Part shown: piece by piece, positions 17,469 to 27,023 of the stretch
How the letters are laid out: each line of letters starts with the position of its first letter
Position numbering within the stretch: position 1 is the first letter of the stretch
Origin: a virus
Lineage: Duplodnaviria; Caudoviricetes
Virus record (IMG/VR): IMGVR_UViG_3300024051_000088
Span: 1 to 44,783 of that record
Reading direction: 5' to 3' (one strand)
Length of the DNA stretch: 44,783 nt
Program-made: the position numbers and the translations under genes
The notes under the pieces: generated by a model
Seen by the model: the letters and a program-made list of their open reading frames with translations, nothing else
What the model was told of the DNA's origin: nothing
The model's database searches: none

Positions 17469-18107
17469 ATGGCGAAGGGACGTGGCCGCCTCACCGGGAT
17501 CGATCTCCTGCCGGAGGAGTGCGATGATATCGTTGCATGGGCGCAGCAAGAGCTTGCTAAGCGCGATCGCTCAGAGACCGATATCTACGCCGAGTTCAAG
17601 CAGAAGCTCATCGCCCTCCAGGGCGAGCTAGGCCTTGGTTTCGATATTCCGTCCCATTCGGCCTTCAATCGCTATTCGACCAACCTCGCGGTCGTTTCGC
17701 GCCGGCTTGAGAAGACCCGCGAGATTGCAGCCGTGCTCTCGGAGCGCATGAACGCCGCGGGCTCGGACGATCTCACGCTGATCGCGGCAGAGGCAATCAA
17801 AACCCTCATCTTCGAGGTGCTCCAAGAGAGCGGCGAGGCCGGCATCAGCCCGAAGGGTGCGATGGAGTTGGCGAACGCGCTGCGCGCTGCAGCGGCCGCC
17901 CAGGCAAGCAGCTCGAACCGTCGCCTGAAATTGGAAGCCGAAGCGAAGCTGCGCAAGGTCGAGGAAGACATGAAGGCGAAGGCCGAAAGCGCGTTGGATA
18001 TGCTGGAGAACGAACCCGGCGTGTCGAAGGCAGCCATCAAGCGCGCCCGCGAGAAGTTCCTGGGCGTGCGCCCCAAGAAGAAGAAAGCGGTGGAACCCGA
18101 TGGCTGA
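17469..18107 (+). CDS. Terminase small subunit (DUF3486/Mu gp27)
   Basis: GRGRLTGIDLLPEE...IPSHSAFNRY. Confidence 0.85.
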   Translation: MAKGRGRLTGIDLLPEECDDIVAWAQQELAKRDRSETDIYAEFKQKLIALQGELGLGFDIPSHSAFNRYSTNLAVVSRRLEKTREIAAVLSERMNAAGSDDLTLIAAEAIKTLIFEVLQESGEAGISPKGAMELANALRAAAAAQASSSNRRLKLEAEAKLRKVEEDMKAKAESALDMLENEPGVSKAAIKRAREKFLGVRPKKKKAVEPDG

Positions 18108-19755
18108 CCTGCCCCGTTTTGAATGGCGCGACCCGCCCGTCATGACACACGACCCTGATGATCTGCCCGAAGAGCTGCCTCGCGGCGCTGATATCCGTGC
18201 CGATCTCGACCCGCTCGAAGAGGGTGTGCTGATGGCGCACCAGGCCGAATGGATCGGCGACGACAGCACGCTCAAGATCTGCGCCAAGGGTCGACGCACG
18301 GGCATCACGTTTGCCGAGGCGCTGGACTGCACCTTGATCGCAGCCGCGCAGCGCTCGGGCGGAGGCCAGAACGTCTTCTATATCCCGGACACCAAGCCGA
18401 AGGGGCGCGAGTTCATCGGTTATGCTGCGCACTTCGCCAAAACCGTGGCCGGCGAGTTGCTCACGATCGAGGACGGCATCTTCTTCGACCAGAAACCGGA
18501 CGGGTCCACCAAGGCCATCTCCAGCTACATCATCCGCTTTGCTTCGGGGTTCCGCATTGAGGCGCTCTCGTCCAGGCCGGAGAACATCCGTGGTCTCCAG
18601 GGTACCGTCGTGATCGACGAAGCGGCATTCCACCGTGATGTGCGCGAGGTCATCGATGCCGTTGGCGCGCTTCTCATTTGGGGCGGCAAGATCCGCATCA
18701 TCTCCTCGCATAACGGGGTCTCCAATCCGTTCAACGAGTTGATCAAGGAGGCAGAGGCCGGCAAAAACGGCTTCAAGGTCCACACCTACAGCTTCGGCGA
18801 TGCCGTGAAGAACGGGCTCTATCAGCGCGTCTGCTACATGAAGGGTGATGATTGGAGCCAGGAGAAGGAGAACGCCTGGGAAGCGGAGATCCGTAGCGCC
18901 TATGGCAACCGCACCGCCAAGATGCGCCAGGAGCTGGATGCCATTCCGGCCGAGGCCGAGGGAGCCGCGCTCACCCGCGTCCTGATCGAGAGCTGCATGT
19001 CGAAGGACATCCCCGTCATCCGCTGGGATCGGCCGGACGAGTTCAAGGAACTGGACGATTTCGAGCGCGAAGAGCAGGCGCTGGAGTTTTGTGAAACGGT
19101 TTTGAAGCCCCTTCTAGACCGCCTCAACACGGAGCGGGAGCACTGCCTGGGAGGTGACTTTGCGCGCAAGGGCGACAAGACGGCCTTCATGCCCGCCGAG
19201 ATCGGCACGGACCTCGTCCGTCGCGCATGCTTCATCCTGGAGCTGAAGAACATCCCGTTCGACCAGCAGCGGGACATCCTGTTTTACATCATGGATCGTC
19301 TGCCCCGCCTCATGGGCGGCGCGCTTGACGCAACCGGTAACGGTGCCTTCCTCGCCGAAAAAGCCCGCCAGCGCTATGGCGAGTGCGTCGTCGAAGTCTG
19401 GTTGAGCCAGAAGTGGTACTCGGCAAACATGCCAGCCTACATCGAAGCTTTCAGCGACAAGACCGTGCTGATCGCGAAAGATGCCGACGTGCTGGCCGAC
19501 CATCAGGGGCTCGCCTATGTCAACGGCATCATCCGCATCCCGGACGATCACCGGACGGTCGGCGCTGACGGCTATGAGCGCCATGGAGATACGGCCCCGG
19601 CCGGCGCCCTGATGTATTTCGCCAGCAACCAGGACTACATCGCCTACGAATACGAGACCCATCGGCCCGAAGCCGCCAAGGCCGAGGAAGCCCGTCGCCG
19701 CCACGACGATGAACCCGGCCGATCGGTCAACATCTCTCTGAGGGGAGCGCTCTGA
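18100..19755 (+). CDS. Terminase large subunit (Mu gp28)
   Basis: KGRRTGIT Walker A; VVIDEAAFH Walker B; GGDFAR and HGD nuclease motifs. Confidence 0.93.
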   Translation: MADLPRFEWRDPPVMTHDPDDLPEELPRGADIRADLDPLEEGVLMAHQAEWIGDDSTLKICAKGRRTGITFAEALDCTLIAAAQRSGGGQNVFYIPDTKPKGREFIGYAAHFAKTVAGELLTIEDGIFFDQKPDGSTKAISSYIIRFASGFRIEALSSRPENIRGLQGTVVIDEAAFHRDVREVIDAVGALLIWGGKIRIISSHNGVSNPFNELIKEAEAGKNGFKVHTYSFGDAVKNGLYQRVCYMKGDDWSQEKENAWEAEIRSAYGNRTAKMRQELDAIPAEAEGAALTRVLIESCMSKDIPVIRWDRPDEFKELDDFEREEQALEFCETVLKPLLDRLNTEREHCLGGDFARKGDKTAFMPAEIGTDLVRRACFILELKNIPFDQQRDILFYIMDRLPRLMGGALDATGNGAFLAEKARQRYGECVVEVWLSQKWYSANMPAYIEAFSDKTVLIAKDADVLADHQGLAYVNGIIRIPDDHRTVGADGYERHGDTAPAGALMYFASNQDYIAYEYETHRPEAAKAEEARRRHDDEPGRSVNISLRGAL

Positions 19756-21359
19756 TGGCCTCGCTGCGCGACTGGATGAATCACCTCGTAAACTCGACCA
19801 GCCTGAAGGAGATCATTTCCGGGCCGAAGGTCGGCGGCGTTCGTCAGGTCATTTCGGCGCATCCCGCCGATGGCCTGACGCCGCAGCGCCTTGCGTCCAT
19901 CTTGCGCTCGGCCGCCCAGGGCGAACCGGAGGCCTACTTCGAGCTGGCCGAAGATATCGAAGAGCGGGATCTCCACTACGCGGCTGTCATGGCCACCCGC
20001 AAGCGGTCGGTGGCGCAGCTCCCCATCACCGTGAAGGCGGCGTCGGACAGTCCCGAGCATCAGAAACACGCAGCGTTCATCCAGGCATGGCTCGACACGG
20101 GCGTCCTGCGGTCGGCGCTCTTCGACATGCTGGACGCGATCGGCAAAGGTATTTCCGTCCTGGAAGTCGATTGGCATGTGCATGGTGGCCACCTCTGCCC
20201 CCGCGAGCTGATCTGGCGCCCGGCCCGCTGGTTCACCTTCGACCAGGAGGATGGCGAGACCGTGCTTCTGCGAGAGGGGGTTTCCGGCGTCCCTTTGCTG
20301 CCGCACAAGTTCGTCATCCATCGGCACAAGACGAAGTCGGGCCTGACCATCCGCAGCGGCGTTGCCCGCGTTGCGCTATGGGCGTGGATGTTCAAGTCCT
20401 TCACGGTGAAGGACTGGGCGATCTTCTGCCAGAATTATGGCCAGCCGATCCGCATCGGCAAATACGGCCGAGGGGCAAGCGAGGCGGAAAAGGATGTTCT
20501 CTGGCGGGCCGTCAGCGGCATAGCCGGCGACTGCGCGGCGATCGTGCCGCGCGACATGATCATGGAGTTTCATGAGGTCGGCTCGAAGAGCAGCTCGACG
20601 GACATGTTCGAACGGCGCGTGGACTGGCTCGATCGGCAGACGTCGAAGCTCGTGCTCGGCCAGACGACGACGACAGACGCCGTCTCCGGCGGTCATGCCG
20701 TCAGCCAGGAGCATCGTCTCGTCCAGGAGGACATCGAGCGGTCCGATGCCGGCGACGTGTCCGGCACCTTCAACAAGCAACTCATCCCGAACATGATCGC
20801 CTTCAATTTCGGGCCGCAGGACGCCTATCCGACCATTCACATCGGTCGTCCGGACGAGGTGCCGCTCGACAAGTTCGCCGATGCGTTCGCAAAGCTCGCT
20901 CCCCAGGGCCTGACCGCCAGCGCCAGCTTCATGCGCGAGCGCATGGGCATTCCGGCACCAAAGGACGATGACGAGCTGGTCGGCGGCAGGGCCGCAACTG
21001 CTGGCTCGCTCGGAGCAGAAGCGGACAGACCTCCGGTGGTTCCAGGCAAAGGCAAGGCGGATCGGGTCCGTCACATTTCCCAGCTCGTCGGCGCAGCTCA
21101 TGTCCGCAATCAGGGTGACGAGGTCATCGATCGGCTGGTCGATCGCCTGGGAGAAGAGACGGCCGGTGCGATGGCTGGCCTGATGGACAGCGTACGCAGG
21201 GAGCTGATGGCAGCGTCTGATCTGCGCGATGCCGGCGAACGGCTTGCCCGGTTGAAGCTCCCGCCCGACGAACTGGCCGAGGCCATGGCTCGGGGGATGG
21301 CGCTCGCGCATCTGGCCGGGCAAGCCGCGCTCATCGACGACATGGCCGGACGATCATGA
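19755..21359 (+). CDS. Portal protein (DUF935/Mu gp29)
   Basis: EERDLHY...YGQPIRIGKY...SKLVLGQTTTT. Confidence 0.93.
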   Translation: MASLRDWMNHLVNSTSLKEIISGPKVGGVRQVISAHPADGLTPQRLASILRSAAQGEPEAYFELAEDIEERDLHYAAVMATRKRSVAQLPITVKAASDSPEHQKHAAFIQAWLDTGVLRSALFDMLDAIGKGISVLEVDWHVHGGHLCPRELIWRPARWFTFDQEDGETVLLREGVSGVPLLPHKFVIHRHKTKSGLTIRSGVARVALWAWMFKSFTVKDWAIFCQNYGQPIRIGKYGRGASEAEKDVLWRAVSGIAGDCAAIVPRDMIMEFHEVGSKSSSTDMFERRVDWLDRQTSKLVLGQTTTTDAVSGGHAVSQEHRLVQEDIERSDAGDVSGTFNKQLIPNMIAFNFGPQDAYPTIHIGRPDEVPLDKFADAFAKLAPQGLTASASFMRERMGIPAPKDDDELVGGRAATAGSLGAEADRPPVVPGKGKADRVRHISQLVGAAHVRNQGDEVIDRLVDRLGEETAGAMAGLMDSVRRELMAASDLRDAGERLARLKLPPDELAEAMARGMALAHLAGQAALIDDMAGRS

Positions 21360-21477
21360 CAGGGCCTCACAGGGCGCTTGCGGCAGTGCCGAGCGGGCGG
21401 ATACGCCTTCCCGACCCCGAACGCGCGCCCAGGGCCTTCAAATCGGCTTCAATTTTGAAGGTGAAAGGCGGTCGAGC

Positions 21478-22563
21478 ATGACAACGACGGTCGGCGCCAT
21501 CGATCTGCCCTTTGACGAGGCGATCACCTTCCTTCGCCAGAAGACGGCGATGCCCACGAAAAGCTGGCGCGAGGTTTGGGACGCGGCCCATTCGAAGTAT
21601 TTCATGGTGGCCGGCGCCAACACCAGGGCCATCGTTGATGACTTCCAGGGAGCAATCGGCAAGGCGCTTGAGCAGGGAACCACGCTCGAAACCTTCCGTG
21701 AGGATTTCGACGCGATCGTGAAGCGCCATGGCTGGGCGTATCGGGGCGAGCGCGGCTGGCGGACCCGGACCATTTTCGAGACGAACCTGCGCACGGCCTA
21801 TGCGGCCGGCCGCTATGCGAAGCTGACCGAACCGGACACGCTCGCGACCTTTCCCTACTGGCAGTACAATCATTCGGGCGCGATCCATCCCCGGCAACAG
21901 CACAAGGACTGGAACGGCACCTGCCTTGCGGCCGATGACCCGGCATGGAAGGTCATGTTTCCGCCGAACGGTTTTGGTTGCGGGTGCTTTGTCACGCCGG
22001 TTTCGCGCCCTGGTCTTCGCCGACGCGGCAAATCCGGCCCCGACCGCGCGCCGGATCTCGACCAGCTCGGCACGGACCAGCCGCTCGGTATCGATCCGTC
22101 ATTCGCTTACAATCCGGGAATGGCGTGGCTCCAGCAGACCGCGCCGGGACCGACGCCGGTCAGCGCTGACGAAGCCAACGTCGCCGCCTTTGTCGTCTCG
22201 GCTTTACGCGGGAAATGGCCGGACGGGAGTTGGACGCCGGTGGCCGTCGCCTCGAAGGCGCAAGCCGCCACGCTCGACGTTGCTGCCGGCACGGAAGTTC
22301 GCTTGTCAGCCGAGACCATCCGCAGCCAGGCGAAGGAGGCGATGCCGACGCCGGCCGACTATGGCGTCATCCCGAAATGGATCGTCAAGAACGGCGAGCT
22401 GGTGAAGGGCGAGGACGGGCGCTGGGCTTTCGTCGGCGAATACCAGGGCGCGCACTATCGCGCCGACGTCGATATCGTCCGCAAGGATCGTGGCCCTGCC
22501 GGCGTCCATCAGCAGCTCTGGCTTTCGTCTCTCCGCCGGATCGAGCGCGAGGCCGGGCGATGA
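21478..22563 (+). CDS. MuF (gp30) head morphogenesis protein with C-terminal extension
   Basis: IFETNLRTAYAAGRY, PPNGFGCGC, DPSFAYNPG. Confidence 0.9.
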   Translation: MTTTVGAIDLPFDEAITFLRQKTAMPTKSWREVWDAAHSKYFMVAGANTRAIVDDFQGAIGKALEQGTTLETFREDFDAIVKRHGWAYRGERGWRTRTIFETNLRTAYAAGRYAKLTEPDTLATFPYWQYNHSGAIHPRQQHKDWNGTCLAADDPAWKVMFPPNGFGCGCFVTPVSRPGLRRRGKSGPDRAPDLDQLGTDQPLGIDPSFAYNPGMAWLQQTAPGPTPVSADEANVAAFVVSALRGKWPDGSWTPVAVASKAQAATLDVAAGTEVRLSAETIRSQAKEAMPTPADYGVIPKWIVKNGELVKGEDGRWAFVGEYQGAHYRADVDIVRKDRGPAGVHQQLWLSSLRRIEREAGR

Positions 22564-23066
22564 GTGGCGCGGCGATCTCGGTCACGCTGTCCGGCTCGGC
22601 GCTTCGCGGCTTCCAGCAGCTCGAAGGCGTGATGGCGAACACGACGCCGGTCATGGCGGCGATCGGCGCCGGCCTTGTCGCCTCGACGCACATGCGCTTC
22701 GTCACGCAGACGGATCCCGATGGCGCCGCCTGGAGAGCGCTCAACACGCAATATGCCGAGACGAAGCGCAATTCGCGGATCCTGACCGAAAGCGGGCGGC
22801 TTCGGGACAGCATCAATTCGCAGGCCGGTGCCAAAGAAGTCCGTGTCGGCACGAACGTCATCTATGCGGCCATCCATCAATTCGGCGGAACGATCAGGCC
22901 GAAGAGCGCCTCGCACCTTCGGTTTCGCATTGGCGACGCGCTCGTCACGGTCGCAAGCGTCACCTTGCCCGACCGTCCGTTCCTTGGTATCTCGGGTGAC
23001 GACGAGACGATGATCGCAGAGACGATCTTCGATTTCCTCGATCGCTACCTTCCTTCCTCTCCATAA
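22560..23066 (+). CDS. Virion morphogenesis protein (Mu gpG)
   Basis: GTNVIYAAIHQFGG...PDRPFLGIS. Confidence 0.9.
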   Translation: MSGAAISVTLSGSALRGFQQLEGVMANTTPVMAAIGAGLVASTHMRFVTQTDPDGAAWRALNTQYAETKRNSRILTESGRLRDSINSQAGAKEVRVGTNVIYAAIHQFGGTIRPKSASHLRFRIGDALVTVASVTLPDRPFLGISGDDETMIAETIFDFLDRYLPSSP

Positions 23067-23075
23067 TGGCTGTTG

Positions 23076-23123
23076 CCGCCCGCCATCGCGGGCATGAACG
23101 CGCCCGTCGCGACATGGCACTTT
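23076..23123 (+). promoter_or_regulatory. Late promoter 2 (head operon)
   Basis: CCGCCCGCCATCGCGGGCATGAAC-N18-CACTTT, 6 nt before ATG 23130. Confidence 0.75.
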
Positions 23124-23129
23124 CCGGCC

Positions 23130-24170
23130 ATGCAGACAGCACTCAATTCCATCATCCAGCCGATCGGGCTCGACGACCAGGCGGCAATCCCGGAGTGGAT
23201 ACACCTGATCCCGGCCGGCACCTTTACCGGCATCGACGGTCGCGGTCCCTATGACCTGACCTCTCCGGAGGGCGTCATTGCGGCTTCGGCCGTCTCGACC
23301 AAGAAGCTGCCGATCGACGTCAACCATGCGATCGACCTTCAGGGCAAAAGCGGCGGCAGCTCGCCGGCTATGGCTTGGGTCGTTGCGCTTGAAAGCCGCG
23401 CCGATGGGATTTGGGGCCGCGTCGAATGGACGCCGGAAGGCCGCTGGGCGATGGCCTCGAAAAGCTACGGCTTCATTTCTCCCGTCTTCACCCACACCAA
23501 GGACGCGCCCCATCAGGTCATTCGCCTGTTGCGCGCGGCGCTCACCAACGATCCGAACCTCACCCTAACCGCCCTTCATCAACGCGAGGAAAGCACAATG
23601 TTGGAACAGCTACGGAAGGCTCTCGGCCTTCCGGAAACCGCTGACGAGGCTGCCGTTCTGGCGGCCGTCAGCGTGGCGCATGCCGCACAGGTCGCCCAGG
23701 AGGCGTCCACCGCTCTCATGGGGCGGATCGCCGAAGCCGCTGGCGTTGCTGCCGGCACTGCGGGCGATGCGCTCGTCACCGCCATCCAGTCCGTCCGCAC
23801 CGGCTCGGCCGGCACGGACGTCGAAGCCCTGCGCAACCAGGTGGTCGCGTTGCAGAACCAGCTTTCAAGCTACGTCACCATGACGGCCAAGGACAAGGCG
23901 ACCGAAGTCGTCGATGCCGCGATCAAGGCCGGCAAGCTCGTCCCGGTCCTGCGCGACCACTACATCGCGCGCCACCAGAAGGAGCCGCAGGTCGTCGAAA
24001 AGGAGATCGAGGTTCTGCCGTCGATCAATGCTGGTGGTCTCGGCGGTCACAAGCCGCCTCACACGGCCGGCACGCCCTCTGCCGAAGAGCAGCAGGCGAT
24101 GGCGCAGATGGGCATCGACCCCACGGCCTATGCCGAAACCAGGAAGACCATCTACGGGGCGGAGGTGTAA
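23130..24170 (+). CDS. Prohead protease/scaffold (Mu gpI)
   Basis: WIHLIPAG...DGRGP...PIDVNH...YGFISPVF...ALTNDPNL; start placed at 23130 because the upstream ATGs fall within the promoter motif. Confidence 0.9.
   Translation: MQTALNSIIQPIGLDDQAAIPEWIHLIPAGTFTGIDGRGPYDLTSPEGVIAASAVSTKKLPIDVNHAIDLQGKSGGSSPAMAWVVALESRADGIWGRVEWTPEGRWAMASKSYGFISPVFTHTKDAPHQVIRLLRAALTNDPNLTLTALHQREESTMLEQLRKALGLPETADEAAVLAAVSVAHAAQVAQEASTALMGRIAEAAGVAAGTAGDALVTAIQSVRTGSAGTDVEALRNQVVALQNQLSSYVTMTAKDKATEVVDAAIKAGKLVPVLRDHYIARHQKEPQVVEKEIEVLPSINAGGLGGHKPPHTAGTPSAEEQQAMAQMGIDPTAYAETRKTIYGAEV
23598..24170 (+). CDS. Probable nested in-frame scaffold protein (Mu gpZ-like)
   Basis: GAGGA SD before internal ATG, MLEQLRKALGLPETADEAAV. 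Confidence 0.6.
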   Translation: MLEQLRKALGLPETADEAAVLAAVSVAHAAQVAQEASTALMGRIAEAAGVAAGTAGDALVTAIQSVRTGSAGTDVEALRNQVVALQNQLSSYVTMTAKDKATEVVDAAIKAGKLVPVLRDHYIARHQKEPQVVEKEIEVLPSINAGGLGGHKPPHTAGTPSAEEQQAMAQMGIDPTAYAETRKTIYGAEV

Positions 24171-24171
24171 C

Positions 24172-24561
24172 ATGGCCGCGAGCAACGATCTCGACTACAC
24201 CGAGCGCCAGGGCGATACCTACGAGTTCCCCGCGCTCGCCGACACACTCTATTATGGCCGCGCCGGCATCGGCGTCACCGCCGCCGGCGTCGCGGTTCCC
24301 GCTGGTCACGTCAACGCCGTCAAGCTTGTCGGCTTCAATGTCGAACGCGTTGACAACCGGGGCGGTGCCACTGGCGCCCAGCGCGTCCGCGTCAAGAAGG
24401 GCCGCTTCCGCATCCCGCTTGCCGGCGCCACCGCCGCCAACACCCAGGCGCCCGTCTATATGACGGCCGACGACACCTTCACCCTCACGGCTTCGACGAA
24501 CCTGCAAATCGGCACGATCGACGCCGTGGATGCGGACGGCGTCTGGCTGAAGACGCTTTAA
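24172..24561 (+). CDS. Head decoration/capsid cement-like protein
   Basis: GGAGG SD; small beta-rich protein between gpI and gpT. Confidence 0.7.
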   Translation: MAASNDLDYTERQGDTYEFPALADTLYYGRAGIGVTAAGVAVPAGHVNAVKLVGFNVERVDNRGGATGAQRVRVKKGRFRIPLAGATAANTQAPVYMTADDTFTLTASTNLQIGTIDAVDADGVWLKTL

Positions 24562-24574
24562 GGAGCCTTCGAAC

Positions 24575-25468
24575 ATGGACATTAATGCAGCCACCCTGCG
24601 CGGGATCTACACGTCGCTTTCGACGCTGTTCAATACCCGCTTCAAGTCCGCGCAGACCTATTACGACACGGTCGCCATGACCGTGCCGTCCACGACGGCG
24701 CAGAACGAGTATCCGCGCCTCGACGACATGCCGGGCATCCGCGAATGGGTCGGCGAGCGCCTCGTGAACCGGCTCGGCGCTCAGACCTATGTCATCAAGA
24801 ACCGCGAGTTCGAGAAGACGATCGCGATCCCGCGCAAGAACATCGAGGACGATAACCTCGGCATTTACAGCCCCGTCGCCGGCCAGATCGGCCAGGATGC
24901 AGCGCAGTTCCCGGATCTCCTCGTCTTCCCGCTCCTGAAAAACGGCGACACCGCCGTCTGCTATGACGGCCAGTACTTCTTCGATACGGACCATCCCGGC
25001 TTCAACGAACAGGGCGGCATCATCTCGGTTTCGAACTTCCAGTCCGGCGCCGGCCCAGCCTGGTACCTGATCGATGACAGCCAGGTGGTGAAGCCGTTCG
25101 TCTACCAGAAGCGCAAGGAGTTCAAGCTCGTCTCGTTCCAGGACGAGAAGGACGCGAACGTGTTCTGGAAAGGCGAGTTTGTCTGGGGCGTCGATGGTCG
25201 CTGCAACGCCGGCTACGGCCTCTGGCAGCTTGCCTTCAAGTCGAAGGCCACCCTCAACGAGGCGAACTTCGCGGCTGCCCGCGAGGCGATGCAGTCGCTG
25301 CGCAAGCGCTCCGGCGAAATCATCAACATCCGCCCGACAAAGCTGCTCGTTCCTCCGGCGCTCGCTCCGACCGCCCGCAAGCTGCTCAACGCCGAACTGG
25401 TGAACGGCGGTGACAGCAACATCTGGAAAGGCACCTGCGAGGTCGTGGAAATCCCGTACCTCACCTGA
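24575..25468 (+). CDS. Major head subunit (Mu gpT)
   Basis: PGIREWVGER...CYDGQYFFDTDHP...GYGLWQLA. Confidence 0.95.
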   Translation: MDINAATLRGIYTSLSTLFNTRFKSAQTYYDTVAMTVPSTTAQNEYPRLDDMPGIREWVGERLVNRLGAQTYVIKNREFEKTIAIPRKNIEDDNLGIYSPVAGQIGQDAAQFPDLLVFPLLKNGDTAVCYDGQYFFDTDHPGFNEQGGIISVSNFQSGAGPAWYLIDDSQVVKPFVYQKRKEFKLVSFQDEKDANVFWKGEFVWGVDGRCNAGYGLWQLAFKSKATLNEANFAAAREAMQSLRKRSGEIINIRPTKLLVPPALAPTARKLLNAELVNGGDSNIWKGTCEVVEIPYLT

Positions 25469-25470
25469 TC

Positions 25471-25561
25471 GGGCGGCCTGCTCAGGCCGTTCCCCGCCCG
25501 GTGTCTCCCAAGCCCGGGCGGGATTTTCCCGAGCCGCATGCGTGCGGTTCCGGCAAGTCCC
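25471..25561 (+). ncRNA. Structured element downstream of gpT (three hairpins)
   Basis: Stems at 25471-25492, 25493-25522 and 25520-25561 visible by eye. Confidence 0.45.
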
Positions 25562-25574
25562 GAAGGAGAAAAGC

Positions 25575-26033
25575 ATGTCTTCGAAAATCCAGATCATCTG
25601 CACCAAGCCCGGCATGCGCCGGAACGGCATCGAGCATCCAGCGTCCGCCATCTACGCCGCGAACCACTGGTCGGAAGACGAGCTGAAGGCGTTCGTGGCC
25701 GACCCGTCCTTCATGGTCCAGCCGGTCGCCTCTGACGGTGTCCAGGTCGAGAGCGAGGATATCGAAGCTGCCGTCGTCGCCCGTGTCGAGGTCGCGAAAG
25801 CGGCCCTGCAGGCGGACTTCGATGCGGCCAAGGAAAAGCTCCAGGCCGACTTCGCCCGCACCGTGAAGGAGGCCGTTGACGAAAAGCTCGACGCCGCCAA
25901 GGCCGAGGCGGTCAAGGAACACCAGGGCAAGATCCTCGACCTTCAGCAGCAGCTCGGCGCGGCCAACCTGAAGATCACGGAACAGGTCGCCGCCCTGGAA
26001 GAGGCGAAGAGCAAAACCGCTCCGAAGAAATAA
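25575..26033 (+). CDS. HI1506-related (Mu gp35-like) protein with coiled-coil tail
   Basis: PGMRRNGIEHP...ELKAFVADP; AAGGAG SD. Confidence 0.75.
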   Translation: MSSKIQIICTKPGMRRNGIEHPASAIYAANHWSEDELKAFVADPSFMVQPVASDGVQVESEDIEAAVVARVEVAKAALQADFDAAKEKLQADFARTVKEAVDEKLDAAKAEAVKEHQGKILDLQQQLGAANLKITEQVAALEEAKSKTAPKK

Positions 26034-26044
26034 CCCCCGAGAGA

Positions 26045-26146
26045 GGGAGGTCTGGTCCGGCTCGCGAGGCCGTCAGCACCCATCGATCCGGAGGCCAGAG
26101 ATCCGGCTAGGGGACGTTTCGAACGTAGGGGTTCAGCCCGCCTCCC
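26045..26146 (+). ncRNA. Cloverleaf-like structured non-coding element
   Basis: Closing GGGAGG/CCTCCC with internal hairpins CGGC-TCGCGAG-GCCG, CCC..GATC..GATC..GGG and ACGT-TTCGA-ACGT. Confidence 0.45.
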
Positions 26147-26190
26147 GCACACTGCCTGCACTGAAGCCAGCAACGCACGAAAGGAAAGAC

Positions 26191-26508
26191 ATGCGTTCTT
26201 ACTACGGCCTCCGAAGTACCCTCATCGGCACGCTCGCGGCACTCGCCAGCCTGCTGATCATTGCAGCGCCGGCCGCTGCGGAAATCGTTCCGCTCGATTC
26301 CGGCATCTATGCGGCTCCGTCGCTCGACTTCGATTTCGAAAAGATGCACCTCGGCGCCGTCCAGGCGGACCACCTCGCCATCGTGCCGCAGCGCCTGGAA
26401 CCGGCACCCGTCATTGCCGTCGCCGGCTTCGAACCGCTGAAGCCGGAATATGCCGAGAGCTACGCGACCCACGGTCTCGTCTTCATCGATCTGCACCGGC
26501 GTTGTTAA
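26191..26508 (+). CDS. Secreted hypothetical protein (moron)
   Basis: AAGGA SD; signal peptide ending APAAA|E. Confidence 0.7.
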   Translation: MRSYYGLRSTLIGTLAALASLLIIAAPAAAEIVPLDSGIYAAPSLDFDFEKMHLGAVQADHLAIVPQRLEPAPVIAVAGFEPLKPEYAESYATHGLVFIDLHRRC

Positions 26509-26538
26509 CGCTCGCGCTCTCCCACCTGCCTGAACTTA

Positions 26539-26563
26539 GAGGCTGGCCCACCCGGCCAGCCTC
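26539..26563 (+). other. GC-rich hairpin after the moron (no U-tract)
   Basis: GAGGCTGGCC-CACCC-GGCCAGCCTC. Confidence 0.55.
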
Positions 26564-26588
26564 GCTCCCGAACCGAGAGACATTATAT

Positions 26589-27023
26589 ATGTACGCCACC
26601 GTCGCCGACATGATTGCCCGCTTTGGCGAGACGCAGATCATCCGCCTGTCCCGGCCCGAGGACCGGACGGCGGAAACGGTCGACGTCGACAAGGTCAATG
26701 TCGCGCTCCTCGATGCCACCGGCGTCATCAATGGTTACGTGCGCGGCCGCTATCTCGTGCCGATCGCCGCGCCCCCGGAAGAAATCATCCGCGCCACCTG
26801 CATTCTGGCCCGGTACGATCTCGCCCAGGGCGAGCATACCGACCCGTCCGAAGAGATGGGCAAGGGCCGCAAGGACATTGTCACGTGGCTGGAGAACATC
26901 GCCAAGGAACTGGTGCACCTCGATCTGCCCGCCGCCGCGCCCGCTGGTCCCGCCGTAGGCTCCGGCCCGCGCATGTCGGATCGCCCGCGCATCTTCACCG
27001 ATGAATCGCTGCGGGGCATGTGA
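26589..27023 (+). CDS. Mu gp36/DUF1320 head-tail connector
   Basis: MYATVADMIARFGE...INGYVRGRY...LARYDL. Confidence 0.9.
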   Translation: MYATVADMIARFGETQIIRLSRPEDRTAETVDVDKVNVALLDATGVINGYVRGRYLVPIAAPPEEIIRATCILARYDLAQGEHTDPSEEMGKGRKDIVTWLENIAKELVHLDLPAAAPAGPAVGSGPRMSDRPRIFTDESLRGM

